This document shows positions 1-9,754 of a stretch of 48,816 bases of DNA, piece by piece; positions within the stretch are counted from its first letter, which is position 1; every line of letters starts with the position of its first letter. The notes beneath the pieces are model-generated. The model had not been told where the DNA came from. It ran no database searches and was given only the letters and a program-made list of their open reading frames with translations. This DNA is from Candidatus Woesearchaeota archaeon (lineage in GTDB: Archaea > Nanobdellota > Nanobdellia > SCGC-AAA011-G17 > JACPNG01), in contig JACQNI010000025.1 of the NCBI GenBank assembly GCA_016203135.1, forward strand, positions 1 through 48,816, given 5' to 3'. The position numbers and the translations under genes are program-made.

Positions 1-362
1 CCTATAAACGCAGCAATAATCCCTATTTTTTTATTGTAAAACATTTTACCAATAAAATATATCAATAAAACCCCGAGTATTGAAAGCAAAAATTCAATTG
101 TTCTTACTGCAAACTCGCCATTTAATTTTAATTTATAAAATAAAAAGCCAATAAATGGAAGCAATAAGGGCCTTCCCCCAAACCAGCCTACATCAGGTAT
201 TAAACCAGCCCATATTTTAGAAATAAGCATATACTCTGCTTCATCCCACCATAAAGCTTGATTTCTTGTCAAGATAAAAAAATATAATCTTATAACAACC
301 GCTATTAAGATAGTTATCCAGAATAATTTACTTGAATTTTTTTCAAAAAAATCATCTTCCAT
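1..362 (-). CDS. GT-C fold membrane glycosyltransferase (ArnT/PMT, GT39/GT83-like), runs off window edge
   Basis: Not in the ORF track. Manual translation from ATG at 362 gives MEDDFFEKNSSKLFWITILIAVVIRLY...QALWWDEAEY...GRPLLLP. The TM helix followed by a DE motif is typical of GT-C. Overlaps the epimerase stop. Confidence 0.75.
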   Translation of the reverse strand, partial: MEDDFFEKNSSKLFWITILIAVVIRLYFFILTRNQALWWDEAEYMLISKIWAGLIPDVGWFGGRPLLLPFIGFLFYKLKLNGEFAVRTIEFLLSILGVLLIYFIGKMFYNKKIGIIAAFI

Positions 363-1275
363 TCTGATACCAAGAAATGGTCTTTTTTAAACCTTCTTCT
401 AAACTATATCTTGGTGTGAATTCTATTAATTCCATCATTTTTGAAACATCAGGAAATCTATGTTTTATATCCTCTCTACGGTTTCCAATATAGTCTGGTT
501 TTAAATCCTTTCCACATAATTCTATTATTATTTTAGCTAGATGTAAAATTGAAACAGGCATACCAGTACCAATGTTTATTACTTCTCCATCTGTTTTTTC
601 AGATTCCATGGCTTTGATTGTTGCTTCTATATTATCATTTATATAAACAAAGTCTCTCGTTTGTGAGCCATTGCCAAATATGGTTGGCCTTTCATTGTTT
701 AAAACTTGTTTTATAAATATCCCAACTACAAAACCATAGTCACTAGAATCTTGCCTTGGTCCATAAACATTAAAAAATCTTAATGAAGTTGTTTTTAAAC
801 CATATTTTTCATAATAAGCTTTTAAAAGATTTTCTCCAAATAGTTTTGTTACAGCATAGGGCATTTTTGCATTTAAATGTCCATCTTCCCTTTCAGGAAT
901 CTCAACAGGCTGGCCATATACTTCTGAAGAAGAAGCAAAAAGAACTTTTTCAACACTATATTTCCTGCTTAAATCTAAGACATTTTCTATTCCATGCACG
1001 TCTTCTAAAACTCCTATAGGATTCCTTAGAGTTCTTTTAACCCCAACTATTGCAGCATAATGAAAAACCCAGTCAAACCCATTTTTATCAAATATCCTTT
1101 CCAACCCATTTTTATCAAGAACATCTGCCTTGATGAATTTTATTTCGGGGTTTTGAATATTTTCTTTTTTTCCTGTGGATAAATTATCTAAACAGAATAC
1201 CTCATGATCCTTAGCCAAAGCCTCGCAAAGATGGCTTCCTACAAATCCAGCCCCTCCAGTAACCAAGCATTTCAT
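352..1275 (-). CDS. NAD-dependent nucleotide-sugar epimerase/dehydratase (extended SDR)
   Basis: TGGAGFVGSH Rossmann motif, ASSSEVYG, YxxxK (YAVTK), RFFNVYGP, RDFVY. Confidence 0.92.
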   Translation of the reverse strand: MKCLVTGGAGFVGSHLCEALAKDHEVFCLDNLSTGKKENIQNPEIKFIKADVLDKNGLERIFDKNGFDWVFHYAAIVGVKRTLRNPIGVLEDVHGIENVLDLSRKYSVEKVLFASSSEVYGQPVEIPEREDGHLNAKMPYAVTKLFGENLLKAYYEKYGLKTTSLRFFNVYGPRQDSSDYGFVVGIFIKQVLNNERPTIFGNGSQTRDFVYINDNIEATIKAMESEKTDGEVINIGTGMPVSILHLAKIIIELCGKDLKPDYIGNRREDIKHRFPDVSKMMELIEFTPRYSLEEGLKKTISWYQNGR

Positions 1276-1335
1276 TTTATCAAGAAAAAACAGATAATAA
1301 TTAAAGCTATTGGGATGCCATATCAGTAGCTACAT

Positions 1336-1977
1336 TTATTTTTCTAGTACTGCAAGTATATTCGCACCACAATCCTTCAATCTATATTTTAAATCATGTC
1401 TTTTAAACAATCTTATTAAATCATATTTTTTATAAAAATATACAGGACAATTCCTAAAATAAAGCCATGTTTTTCTTATTGGCGCTTGTGGTGTAAATAG
1501 TTTTGGAAATGATATTATAAACTTTTTTTTTGTAATTTGTTTCATGTTATCAATCAAAACATTTAGTTCTTGCTTATTTGTATAATCTGCAAAGCCAATT
1601 GCAAAGGAATAATCAAATTTATTTTTAAAGTTAGAATTAAGAAAATTTGTTGTTAAAAATTTTATGTTTCTAGCGTTTAACTTTTCAGAGTTTTTTTTAG
1701 CTTCCTGTATCATTTCTTTAGATATGTCTATAGCAGTCACTTTAGCTCCCATCTTTGAAAGAATTATTGAATAATGCCCTGGGCCGCAGCCAATATCCAA
1801 GACAGTTTTATTTTTAACATCATTTTTTATTTCATCAATAGTATACTTCATTCTTTTTTGCAAGGTTTTTTCCCTAAAAACCTTGTTTATAATTCTATCA
1901 ATAAAAGTTTTCTCCTCTTTATAATGCAAGTCAAATTCTTTTGCAATCCTGTCAAAGTAATTTTCAACCTTATTCAT
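1336..1977 (-). CDS. Class I SAM-dependent methyltransferase
   Basis: VLDIGCGPG motif I, AIDIS motif II. Confidence 0.85.
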   Translation of the reverse strand: MNKVENYFDRIAKEFDLHYKEEKTFIDRIINKVFREKTLQKRMKYTIDEIKNDVKNKTVLDIGCGPGHYSIILSKMGAKVTAIDISKEMIQEAKKNSEKLNARNIKFLTTNFLNSNFKNKFDYSFAIGFADYTNKQELNVLIDNMKQITKKKFIISFPKLFTPQAPIRKTWLYFRNCPVYFYKKYDLIRLFKRHDLKYRLKDCGANILAVLEK

Positions 1978-2794
1978 TTAGATCATCCTCAAAGCTGTGG
2001 AATTTATATCTGTTTAATAGATACTCTATTCTTTTCAGTGTATTTTTAATGTTATAATATGTTATGAACCTGTTTTTAATCGGAGCTTTTATTCTTGGTA
2101 TATTGTTGTTTGTTTCCCATGGATGAAAATATAGGTTTATTTTCCTATTTTCTTTATTTAATTTTTTAATGATCTTATTAGTTAAAATCAATGGATAAGT
2201 TCTTAGGTAAAAGCCTCCTGGCCCTGGAAGGTTAATGCCTAAAACATTTACAATGCTTAATGGATATTCCTTTATTTTTCCTCCATCAGTAACAAGATCA
2301 TTTTTATTTGGATAATAAGGGTTTAAAGGAGCCCCAGGCAGGCCATATAGCGGAGTTTTCATAGGAAAGATGCTTGAGTCATAAACATACTTTAACTCTT
2401 CTAATACATCAAAAGCCCATGCAGTCTTTTTATCTATTGAGAAATATGGAGCCCTAAAACCCTTTATATTTTTCTTTGTAATTTTCTTAACAGCTTTATT
2501 TGTTTTTTCCAGTTCCTCTTTAAAAGTTTCCTTGTTTAAATTCCATAAAGGAGTGTGAGTAAAACCATGTGAAGCAATATCATGATTATTTTCATTTATC
2601 ATCTCTATTGCTTCTGGCTCTTTTACTGCCACATCCCCTAAGATAAAAAAAGTAGCCCTTGTATTATGCTTATCTAGCAAATCTAGTATCGGCTTTATTG
2701 ATTCCTTTGACAACTTTACAGGATTTTTCTCATAGTCCCTTATATATGCAGAATGATAATAGTCTTCTACATCTATAGAAATTAAATTTTTCAT
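1970..2794 (-). CDS. Polysaccharide deacetylase (NodB-like, DUF3473-type)
   Basis: SIDVEDY, IASHGFTH, GFRAP, YDSS and YFHPWE motifs. Start moved to ATG 2794 (MKNLISID), which makes an ATGA overlap with the upstream gene. Confidence 0.85.
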   Translation of the reverse strand: MKNLISIDVEDYYHSAYIRDYEKNPVKLSKESIKPILDLLDKHNTRATFFILGDVAVKEPEAIEMINENNHDIASHGFTHTPLWNLNKETFKEELEKTNKAVKKITKKNIKGFRAPYFSIDKKTAWAFDVLEELKYVYDSSIFPMKTPLYGLPGAPLNPYYPNKNDLVTDGGKIKEYPLSIVNVLGINLPGPGGFYLRTYPLILTNKIIKKLNKENRKINLYFHPWETNNNIPRIKAPIKNRFITYYNIKNTLKRIEYLLNRYKFHSFEDDLNE

Positions 2795-2973
2795 TTTAAT
2801 ATGTACGCCTTTAAGACAATTATTGTATCTACTATTAGTCCTAAGGTTGCTATAATAATTAAAACTATCGGAATCCAATTTGATAAAGGCTTGTTTTGAT
2901 AAATTAATATGCTAACATATAAAATAAATAAAAATACAGGTATTCCAAAGACATCAAAAAATTCTGGTTTCAT
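2791..2973 (-). CDS. Small two-TM membrane protein
   Basis: 60 aa with two hydrophobic helices; ATGA overlaps on both sides. Confidence 0.65.
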   Translation of the reverse strand: MKPEFFDVFGIPVFLFILYVSILIYQNKPLSNWIPIVLIIIATLGLIVDTIIVLKAYILK

Positions 2974-3305
2974 TTTTTCTTTGCTTCTTTAAGTGCAGTC
3001 TCTTCCACTATTTCTTCTATCTTTTTCCTGTTCTCATTTATCGAGTAATTAAGCAAGAATATAACTATAAATATTATTAATATTGCCACAATTACAAATA
3101 AGTCAAAAGTCCTTATATTTAAAAATAAAGTTGCTACCCTTTCTATTACCTTGAACAATAATATTCCAGCTATAAGAATAATCCAGACAGAAGACCATAT
3201 CATAAATCCAAGGTAATTTAATTTCTTCTTTCTGAATTGGTTAAATGTCAATAATAACATTACAATTCCAAATATTATTATTAAAACATGAGTTAATCTG
3301 ATCAT
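2970..3305 (-). CDS. DUF2304-like small membrane protein (GT2 partner)
   Basis: Three TM helices plus a C-terminal coiled tail (KKIEEIVEETAL); directly downstream of a DPM1-like GT2. Confidence 0.7.
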   Translation of the reverse strand: MIRLTHVLIIIFGIVMLLLTFNQFRKKKLNYLGFMIWSSVWIILIAGILLFKVIERVATLFLNIRTFDLFVIVAILIIFIVIFLLNYSINENRKKIEEIVEETALKEAKKK

Positions 3306-3961
3306 TTCTTAATCCTCCATTTCAGCATTGAAATAGTTGCCCTTACCGCATCCCTTTTTCTCATTCCAAAGTTTTTATCAACATAAATAGTCTTCACTTC
3401 AACTTCTTTGCATCTTAATCCATTTTTTGCCACATTGACAGCAAATTCTGTTACAACACCATACCTTGATGAAGACCATCTTATCATTGGATAAGCCTTT
3501 GATGTAAAGGCATGGTATCCTGTCTGGGTATCTTTTACCTTTGAGTTAAATAAAATCTTTGCTATGAACGATAATCCCCAGTTTCCAAGCCTTCTTATCT
3601 TAGGCATGTTTTCGTTTCTAGGTCTTGAGCCAAAAACAATGTCTAAATTATATTCTTGAAGCGTTTTTAATAATTTTGGAATTTCTTCAGGATCATGCTG
3701 GCCATCTGCATCCAAAGTTATTATAATATCTGCCCTGTTTTTCATTGCCAAATCACATCCTACCCTTGTTGCAAAACCCGCCCCCATATTTGAAATCAGT
3801 CTTATCGCTTTTGCCCCTGCTTTTTTGGCTGTCTCATATGTATTATCCCTTGAATGATCATCTACAACTATAACCTCATCTACAAACCTTTTGGTTTTTT
3901 TGATGACTGGCTCTATCCTTTTTGATTCATTAAATGCCGGAATTACTGCTATTATTTTCAT
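3302..3961 (-). CDS. GT2 glycosyltransferase, Dol-P-Man synthase-like
   Basis: VIPAFNE, VVDDHSRD, TLDADGQHDP, DTQTG motifs. Confidence 0.9.
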   Translation of the reverse strand: MKIIAVIPAFNESKRIEPVIKKTKRFVDEVIVVDDHSRDNTYETAKKAGAKAIRLISNMGAGFATRVGCDLAMKNRADIIITLDADGQHDPEEIPKLLKTLQEYNLDIVFGSRPRNENMPKIRRLGNWGLSFIAKILFNSKVKDTQTGYHAFTSKAYPMIRWSSSRYGVVTEFAVNVAKNGLRCKEVEVKTIYVDKNFGMRKRDAVRATISMLKWRIKK

Positions 3962-4419
3962 TTCTTTAGATATTTCACAATTTGATTAGCGATTTTTTCT
4001 TTTTCCTTTTCAGTAAACTTTAATATCTCTTTTTTAGTAAATACATCGATAAAATCCTGACCAACAGATCTATAAAATGGGATAATATGAAAATGAAAAT
4101 GTGAAATTAAGCCACCTGTTTGGACTAGAACAATTCTTTTTGGTTTAAATGCCTTTTTAATAGCTTTCGCTATATTATATAAGACTGATTGAAATTCAAT
4201 ATGCTCCTTAAGAGATAATTCTGTAACATCTTCAATATGTTTTTTAGTTCCTAAAATAGTATACCCTTCTGTTGGAGGATATTTATCTAATATTGCTATA
4301 AAATTTTTATCTTGATAGATAACTGGTTCTTTATTAAGTTCTGGCTTACATAAGAAACAATTTTTACCTTTCTTAATTGGTTTGATTTCTTTTCCTATAT
4401 TAAATTTTATCCTTTTCAT
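3958..4419 (-). CDS. HIT family hydrolase
   Basis: CFLC at the N-terminus, HFHFHII histidine triad. Confidence 0.88.
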   Translation of the reverse strand: MKRIKFNIGKEIKPIKKGKNCFLCKPELNKEPVIYQDKNFIAILDKYPPTEGYTILGTKKHIEDVTELSLKEHIEFQSVLYNIAKAIKKAFKPKRIVLVQTGGLISHFHFHIIPFYRSVGQDFIDVFTKKEILKFTEKEKEKIANQIVKYLKK

Positions 4420-6110
4420 TTTTCCCTTATATTCTGTAAGTCATAAATCCAGTAAACTTCCTGGTCTTTTAAAATTAACTTTTCATTAGGCTCATATTTT
4501 GCGGTTAATTGATCTATTTGAGCTTGAAATTGATTCCCTCCTTTAGGATCTACTATTAAATATCTTACTGCTCTATTATTTGGGGTGAATAAAACAACCT
4601 TCTCTTCTAGATTTGGATCTCTTCCAAATTGCTGCCTAAATGCAAGATAAAAATTCCAGTCCTCTAGGCCTTGCTCCGGCCTGGAATAAAAAAATAATTC
4701 TGCAGGCTGTAAAATAAATGTTTCATTATCATTCATCATTGAATTCATTAAATTTCCTAGATCTTTTGCTGCATATGTTGACAATGCCGGATTACAACCA
4801 GTTTCTGATATTTTACATATCAATGGGTTTGCATAAGCAAAATATGGCGATGTCGAAAAGGCAACATAAAAAGAATAAGCAATATAGATTATTATAAATA
4901 CAAAAAATGCAATTCTTTTCTTTTCTTTGAATAAGTTTAGTATTGAATAATTTCTACTTGAAAAGGTTAAAGCCATTAAAAAGATAAAAGAGAATAAATA
5001 AGGAAGTGCAACCCTTGTAAAATGCAAGGCCTTGAAGAATACAAATGCAATTATTAACAAGCATACATAGTATAGTATGAATTTTTCTTCAGTTGTTTTT
5101 TTATTAATTATAAGGTAACCTAAAGTATAGAGGGATATTAAAAAAAGAGCTAGTTCTATTAGGTTTAATTCATAAAGGAAATTATTTATCAAAAAGCTAA
5201 AAATATTCAAGTTAAAGCTGATTCCAGATTCCATTGGACTATGGCTTTTATATGTCTGATAAACATCAAAAACATTTCCCAAGCTAAATTGAAACGGCAA
5301 TAAAAAGAAGAATGCAAAGATGATGCCAAATAATGCAATCAGCTTGATAAAATTCATTATGTTTGCGTTTTCTACATGAAAATCTAGATTTAATAATTTA
5401 TTAAGAATAAGTTTTATCTCTTGTAAATATTTTTCTCCAATTATGAATAGGTCAAATAACAAAAACAAGCCGAAAGACAATTTTGTTGCCCCCGCAAGAG
5501 CTATCGATATAGCGCTTAAGCCAAAAAACACTTTTTCTTTTTTAGAGTATTTTTCAGCCCTATAAGTTTCGTAGATGAAATAAAGATTTAATGCTAGAAA
5601 AAACCATAGAATTATGTCTACATGAATATATCTGCTATAGTTTAAAGTAAATGTATTAAAAGCAAAGAAGGTAGTTACAAATAAGGCAGAATATCTGTCT
5701 AGAATTGCAAAGGCAAGTAAAGACATAATAATAAAAAAGAAAAAACCAAGAACAAACATTGGCAACTGGCAAAAGTTTTGTGCCTTGACTATTTCCCTCC
5801 CAACTAGGTCTTCCCTTCCAGGATAAAACATTGGCTTTATCTCTGATACCTTAGAAAAATCCTCTCCAGATAATAAACAAGACAAGCCAATTATCATGTG
5901 CCCTAAAGGTGGCTCTCCTTGGCTGGATATTCCTGGAAAATAATCATGGGGGTAAAACCATAACAGTCCAGAAGGGATTATTGCCTTTGTATCTCCAGTA
6001 TAACTGGTGCTAGAATAATCCTGAAATCTTATAAAAGTCCCTAATAACAGAACTATAATCAGGATTATTAAAAGAAATTTATCTTGTTTTAATCTTTCTA
6101 GGAAAACGAT
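4416..6110 (-). CDS. Multi-TM GT-C-like membrane glycosyltransferase; likely non-canonical start
   Basis: The frame stays open at least 71 codons upstream of the ATG at 5897 and encodes a TM helix and EPPLG motif. There is no in-frame ATG/GTG/TTG there. Candidate ATC start at 6110 follows AGGGGT. Confidence 0.7.
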   Translation of the reverse strand: MVFLERLKQDKFLLIILIIVLLLGTFIRFQDYSSTSYTGDTKAIIPSGLLWFYPHDYFPGISSQGEPPLGHMIIGLSCLLSGEDFSKVSEIKPMFYPGREDLVGREIVKAQNFCQLPMFVLGFFFFIIMSLLAFAILDRYSALFVTTFFAFNTFTLNYSRYIHVDIILWFFLALNLYFIYETYRAEKYSKKEKVFFGLSAISIALAGATKLSFGLFLLFDLFIIGEKYLQEIKLILNKLLNLDFHVENANIMNFIKLIALFGIIFAFFFLLPFQFSLGNVFDVYQTYKSHSPMESGISFNLNIFSFLINNFLYELNLIELALFLISLYTLGYLIINKKTTEEKFILYYVCLLIIAFVFFKALHFTRVALPYLFSFIFLMALTFSSRNYSILNLFKEKKRIAFFVFIIIYIAYSFYVAFSTSPYFAYANPLICKISETGCNPALSTYAAKDLGNLMNSMMNDNETFILQPAELFFYSRPEQGLEDWNFYLAFRQQFGRDPNLEEKVVLFTPNNRAVRYLIVDPKGGNQFQAQIDQLTAKYEPNEKLILKDQEVYWIYDLQNIREK

Positions 6111-6156
6111 TTTAACCCCTGTTATGCTTTTCTTGAATAGTTTAAATATTTATCTT

Positions 6157-7374
6157 TTATATATCCTTTTTAACTAAGTCATAGACCATATCTGGAGTTA
6201 TTACTTGTACACATTTATTGTCATTACAAGGGGAGTTTCTGTCATTAAAGGCAGATAAACAAGGAGAACAAGATAAATTTGCAAACAAGACAGTTATATT
6301 ATTTCCTAGAGGCTTGTATATTACCGGAGTTTCTGGTCCAAAAAACACATAGGTTTTTACATTAGACAATGAAGCAAAATGAGCTGGTCCAGAATCAGCT
6401 GTAACAAACAATTTTGATATATGGTATAAACTAACAAGCTCTTTTAAAGTAGTTTTATTTACTAACTCTATGCATCTTTCGTGTGGTAGTAGATTATGAA
6501 ATTTAGAGGTTATGCTCTCATCAAAATCTCCATAACCAGTAGTTACTATAAATACATCCTTGTCTTTAAGTAATTTTTTTGCCAGTTCTACATAATGCTC
6601 TGTAGGCCATGTTCTCCAATGCAATAAATTTCCTGAGCTGGGATTAAATATCACTATTTTATTTTTTTCTGTTATCATTGGATTTATTTGTTTAAGTTTG
6701 TTAAAAATATTTTTTTTATCTTCCTGGGTTATGCTTATTTTTGGCAATATTACTTCATCTTTTGAGATAACCCTTTTCGTTAATGGATATTCTCCAGGAG
6801 GGGCTATTAATGAATATACCAAAGAAAGATAGTTTAAGGAGATATGATTATATTGATTGTATAACACATTATGAGTCTGGAAATTTCCACGATAAAGTCC
6901 TTCTGAATAAAAATTATTATAGCCAACCCTTATTTTTGCCCCTGATAGATAAGTCATTATGCTAGAAAATCTGGCAAACAACTCTAAATCTAAAGCAACA
7001 TCTATTTTTTCTTTCCTCAGTCTCAAAGTTGCTTTAAATATATCAAAGAAAAAAGGAATTAATGACCTGTTTGTTATAGTTATTATCTTATCATTGTCTA
7101 TAGTATCAAGAATTCTTATGCTTTCAGCATTTTCCTTGAATATCAAGAAATAGATTTCTGCTTTTTGGAATAGTTGCCTTGCTTTTTGTATTGAGCTATA
7201 TGCCGGAATTGTTGATCCCATTTCTGAAAGTTCTATGAATAATATTTTTTTGATGTCTTTCGGCTTTTTCTGCAAACCAAGAAGCTTGCTAATTCTATAT
7301 ATCTGAGTAACTAAAAAACATAATGGAATTCCAGCTACTTTGTCTATTATTCTTATCAGTCTTAAAGGAATCAT
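6157..7374 (-). CDS. GT9 family (heptosyltransferase-like) glycosyltransferase
   Basis: KILFIELSEMGS, RTWP, ADSGPAHFA, FFGPETP, CSPC motifs. Confidence 0.88.
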   Translation of the reverse strand: MIPLRLIRIIDKVAGIPLCFLVTQIYRISKLLGLQKKPKDIKKILFIELSEMGSTIPAYSSIQKARQLFQKAEIYFLIFKENAESIRILDTIDNDKIITITNRSLIPFFFDIFKATLRLRKEKIDVALDLELFARFSSIMTYLSGAKIRVGYNNFYSEGLYRGNFQTHNVLYNQYNHISLNYLSLVYSLIAPPGEYPLTKRVISKDEVILPKISITQEDKKNIFNKLKQINPMITEKNKIVIFNPSSGNLLHWRTWPTEHYVELAKKLLKDKDVFIVTTGYGDFDESITSKFHNLLPHERCIELVNKTTLKELVSLYHISKLFVTADSGPAHFASLSNVKTYVFFGPETPVIYKPLGNNITVLFANLSCSPCLSAFNDRNSPCNDNKCVQVITPDMVYDLVKKDI

Positions 7375-7399
7375 TTCAAGTTGTTATTAAGAAAATTAT

Positions 7400-8116
7400 T
7401 TAAATATTCTTATATGAAGTTGGATCTTTGATATTTGCCCAGTAAAAAGCCTGTTTTCTTTGAATGCAGTTTGAGCATATTCCGCAATGAACTAGCCTGT
7501 TTTTGATCAATTTAGATCCAATATAGCAGCTATAAGTAGATTCAAAAGGCAAATTTAAGTTATAAGCTATTTTGACTATTTCATCTTTATCTAGGTCAAT
7601 CAAAGGAGCAATTATTTTGTACTTGCCGTGATGGGTTGAATGAATTGCTAATTTATTAAATTCTTGGATAAATTCTTTAGTTGTATCCTTCATTGGAATT
7701 TTTCCTTCATGTTTTAAGCCTATATAAATTTCATACTTTTCTTTTTTAGATAAAAATTCTGATTCTGCATGTGCCAATGCTATTGCTAAAAAAATAGTGT
7801 TCCTAGATGGAACCCACCAGTTAAGCAAATGTTTTTTTTCACTAGCAATATTTCTTGGATTTGTCTCTGGAATCTTGCCCTTTTTATTAACAAGTGATTG
7901 GCTTATATTACCTAGCCATTTTAAATCTATTTTTTTAAATTCTGCTTTTACTTTTTGGCTTAAATTCCTAGCAGATAATTCCTCTTCTTTTAATGCAAGC
8001 TGGTCATAGTCAATAAAAAGGCAGATTATTTTTTTAGGCTTTAACTTATTTTTTACATAGTATAATGTAGTTGCACTATCCAAGCCTCCTGACAATAAAA
8101 CTAGGGCATTTTTCAT
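7400..8116 (-). CDS. queC: 7-cyano-7-deazaguanine synthase QueC
   Basis: LSGGLDS PP-loop, VPSRN, C-terminal SCY...HCGICSNC Zn motif. Confidence 0.85.
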   Translation of the reverse strand: MKNALVLLSGGLDSATTLYYVKNKLKPKKIICLFIDYDQLALKEEELSARNLSQKVKAEFKKIDLKWLGNISQSLVNKKGKIPETNPRNIASEKKHLLNWWVPSRNTIFLAIALAHAESEFLSKKEKYEIYIGLKHEGKIPMKDTTKEFIQEFNKLAIHSTHHGKYKIIAPLIDLDKDEIVKIAYNLNLPFESTYSCYIGSKLIKNRLVHCGICSNCIQRKQAFYWANIKDPTSYKNI

Positions 8117-8129
8117 AATAATTAGAAAT

Positions 8130-8146
8130 AAAGAAAATTTATAAAG
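8130..8146 (+). promoter_or_regulatory. Archaeal BRE/TATA (TTTATAAA) in divergent queC/aIF5A spacer
   Basis: AAAGAAAA then TTTATAAA about 21 nt before ATG 8167, a leaderless-type spacing. Confidence 0.55.
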
Positions 8147-8166
8147 ATAATTGAGTTTTAAGCAAT

Positions 8167-8361
8167 ATGGATAAAAAAGCTAAAGACCTCAAAAAGGGAG
8201 ATAAGATAACCTTAGATAATGAAAAGTTCATCGTAGAAAAAGTAGAAGTATCTAAGCTTGGAAAACATGGAAAAAGCAAATGCAGGCTTGAGCTAAAAGA
8301 CAAGAAAGGCAGCATAAAAATAGCCATAACACTCGCTGATGATGTATTTAAGCTTGAGTAG
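8167..8361 (+). CDS. eif5a: aIF5A/eIF5A-like protein, N-terminal (hypusine) domain only
   Basis: AKDLKKGDKI...VSKLGKHGKSKCR matches the eIF5A GKHG hypusination loop. Only 64 aa, with no C-terminal OB domain. Confidence 0.75.
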   Translation: MDKKAKDLKKGDKITLDNEKFIVEKVEVSKLGKHGKSKCRLELKDKKGSIKIAITLADDVFKLE

Positions 8362-8395
8362 AAACTTTTAAAAGAATATTTCTTATTGAGTAATT

Positions 8396-9322
8396 ATGAT
8401 ATATGTAATAATAAATGCTTATGGTGAGCCAAAATCTACAGAGAAAGCAATAAACTGTTTTCTAAAGCAAAATATTAAAGATATTAAAATAATTGTTGTA
8501 GATCCATTTCCAGAAGTAAGGGAATATATTAAAGATAAGTTTAAAGGAAATAAGCACATAGGTTTCTTTCTCGATCCTGGAGAAGGAAAGAACTATTCTA
8601 TAAATTTGATCTTAAATAATATTTATAGTAATGATAAAAACGATATAATAATATTTACAGATGGAGACGTTTATGTTGATGATAATTCTGTAAATGAGAT
8701 TTTAAAATTATTTGAAGACCCTAAAGTTGGCTGTGTCTCTGGTAGGCCTATTTCTACAAATGACAGAAATAATTTTTTTGGATATATAAGCCATTTTTTA
8801 TGTGACATAGCAGCTCACGAAATTTCAAGAAGAAAAAAGGCAAAAAAAGAAGAATTTTTAGAAGCTAGTGGTTATTTATTTGCCATAAGAAATGGAGTAG
8901 TAAAAGAGATTCCATTAGATGTGGCTGAAGATTCAATAATTCCTTATTATTTCTGGAAAAAAGGATATAAAATCGGCTATGCTGAAAACGCACTTGTTTA
9001 TGTGAAATGGCCAGATAATTTAAATGATTGGATAAAGCAAAAGAAAAGGACAGCTAACTCCCATAGCAAGCTAAAGAACTATGCCCCAGATTTTCCTAAA
9101 GTAAAGTCATTTTACAATGAGATTTTTAAAGGTATTTTCTCTTTTAAAGAAGTCTGGAGTTATCCAAAAAACTTAAGAGAATTTTTCTATACAATTATGT
9201 TGTATCCATTAAGGCTTTATATGTGGATGTCTTTATACAAAGATTTGATCACTAAAAATAAGGAATATAAAGATGGATGGAGAGAAGACCTAGAAGTTGG
9301 GTCAACCAAGACGCTTGACTAA
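8396..9322 (+). CDS. GT2 glycosyltransferase
   Basis: IFTDGD (DxD), AEDS, QKKR motifs. Confidence 0.82.
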   Translation: MIYVIINAYGEPKSTEKAINCFLKQNIKDIKIIVVDPFPEVREYIKDKFKGNKHIGFFLDPGEGKNYSINLILNNIYSNDKNDIIIFTDGDVYVDDNSVNEILKLFEDPKVGCVSGRPISTNDRNNFFGYISHFLCDIAAHEISRRKKAKKEEFLEASGYLFAIRNGVVKEIPLDVAEDSIIPYYFWKKGYKIGYAENALVYVKWPDNLNDWIKQKKRTANSHSKLKNYAPDFPKVKSFYNEIFKGIFSFKEVWSYPKNLREFFYTIMLYPLRLYMWMSLYKDLITKNKEYKDGWREDLEVGSTKTLD

Positions 9323-9703
9323 TTCCTTTTTTAGGTCACTTAAATTATCAATTAACTTAACAGAATTTAGACACATAACGCAAATTCTATAGTCTTTTTT
9401 TATGCTTTTTAGATCCTCTACTAATGCTATTACAGGAATGTTTTTTGCATGGGCATAGCCTATTTCCCAGGCTGTCCCAGAACTAATTCCTTTCCAATCT
9501 AAAACAGCAATCATCAAGTCGCACCAGTCTACCATATCACGGTTTTTCTTGAATATTGGAACTGAATTTCCTGATTTGAAAATGCCTGTGTCTCTATGGG
9601 GCAAATAAGTCTCTATTTTTAATGACTTGCATAGCTTATCAATCTGTTCAAGGGTTTTTCTATGTTCTTTTTCAAATAAAGGGCCAGCTATGTAAACTTT
9701 CAT
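9302..9703 (-). CDS. Nucleoside 2-deoxyribosyltransferase family protein
   Basis: VYIAGPLF, YLPH, SSGTAWEIGYA motifs. Confidence 0.88.
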   Translation of the reverse strand: MKVYIAGPLFEKEHRKTLEQIDKLCKSLKIETYLPHRDTGIFKSGNSVPIFKKNRDMVDWCDLMIAVLDWKGISSGTAWEIGYAHAKNIPVIALVEDLKSIKKDYRICVMCLNSVKLIDNLSDLKKELVKRLG

Positions 9704-9754
9704 TAAGTTATTTTTCTCATAATATTTTTAAAGCTATTTATTTAATGTCTTTTT

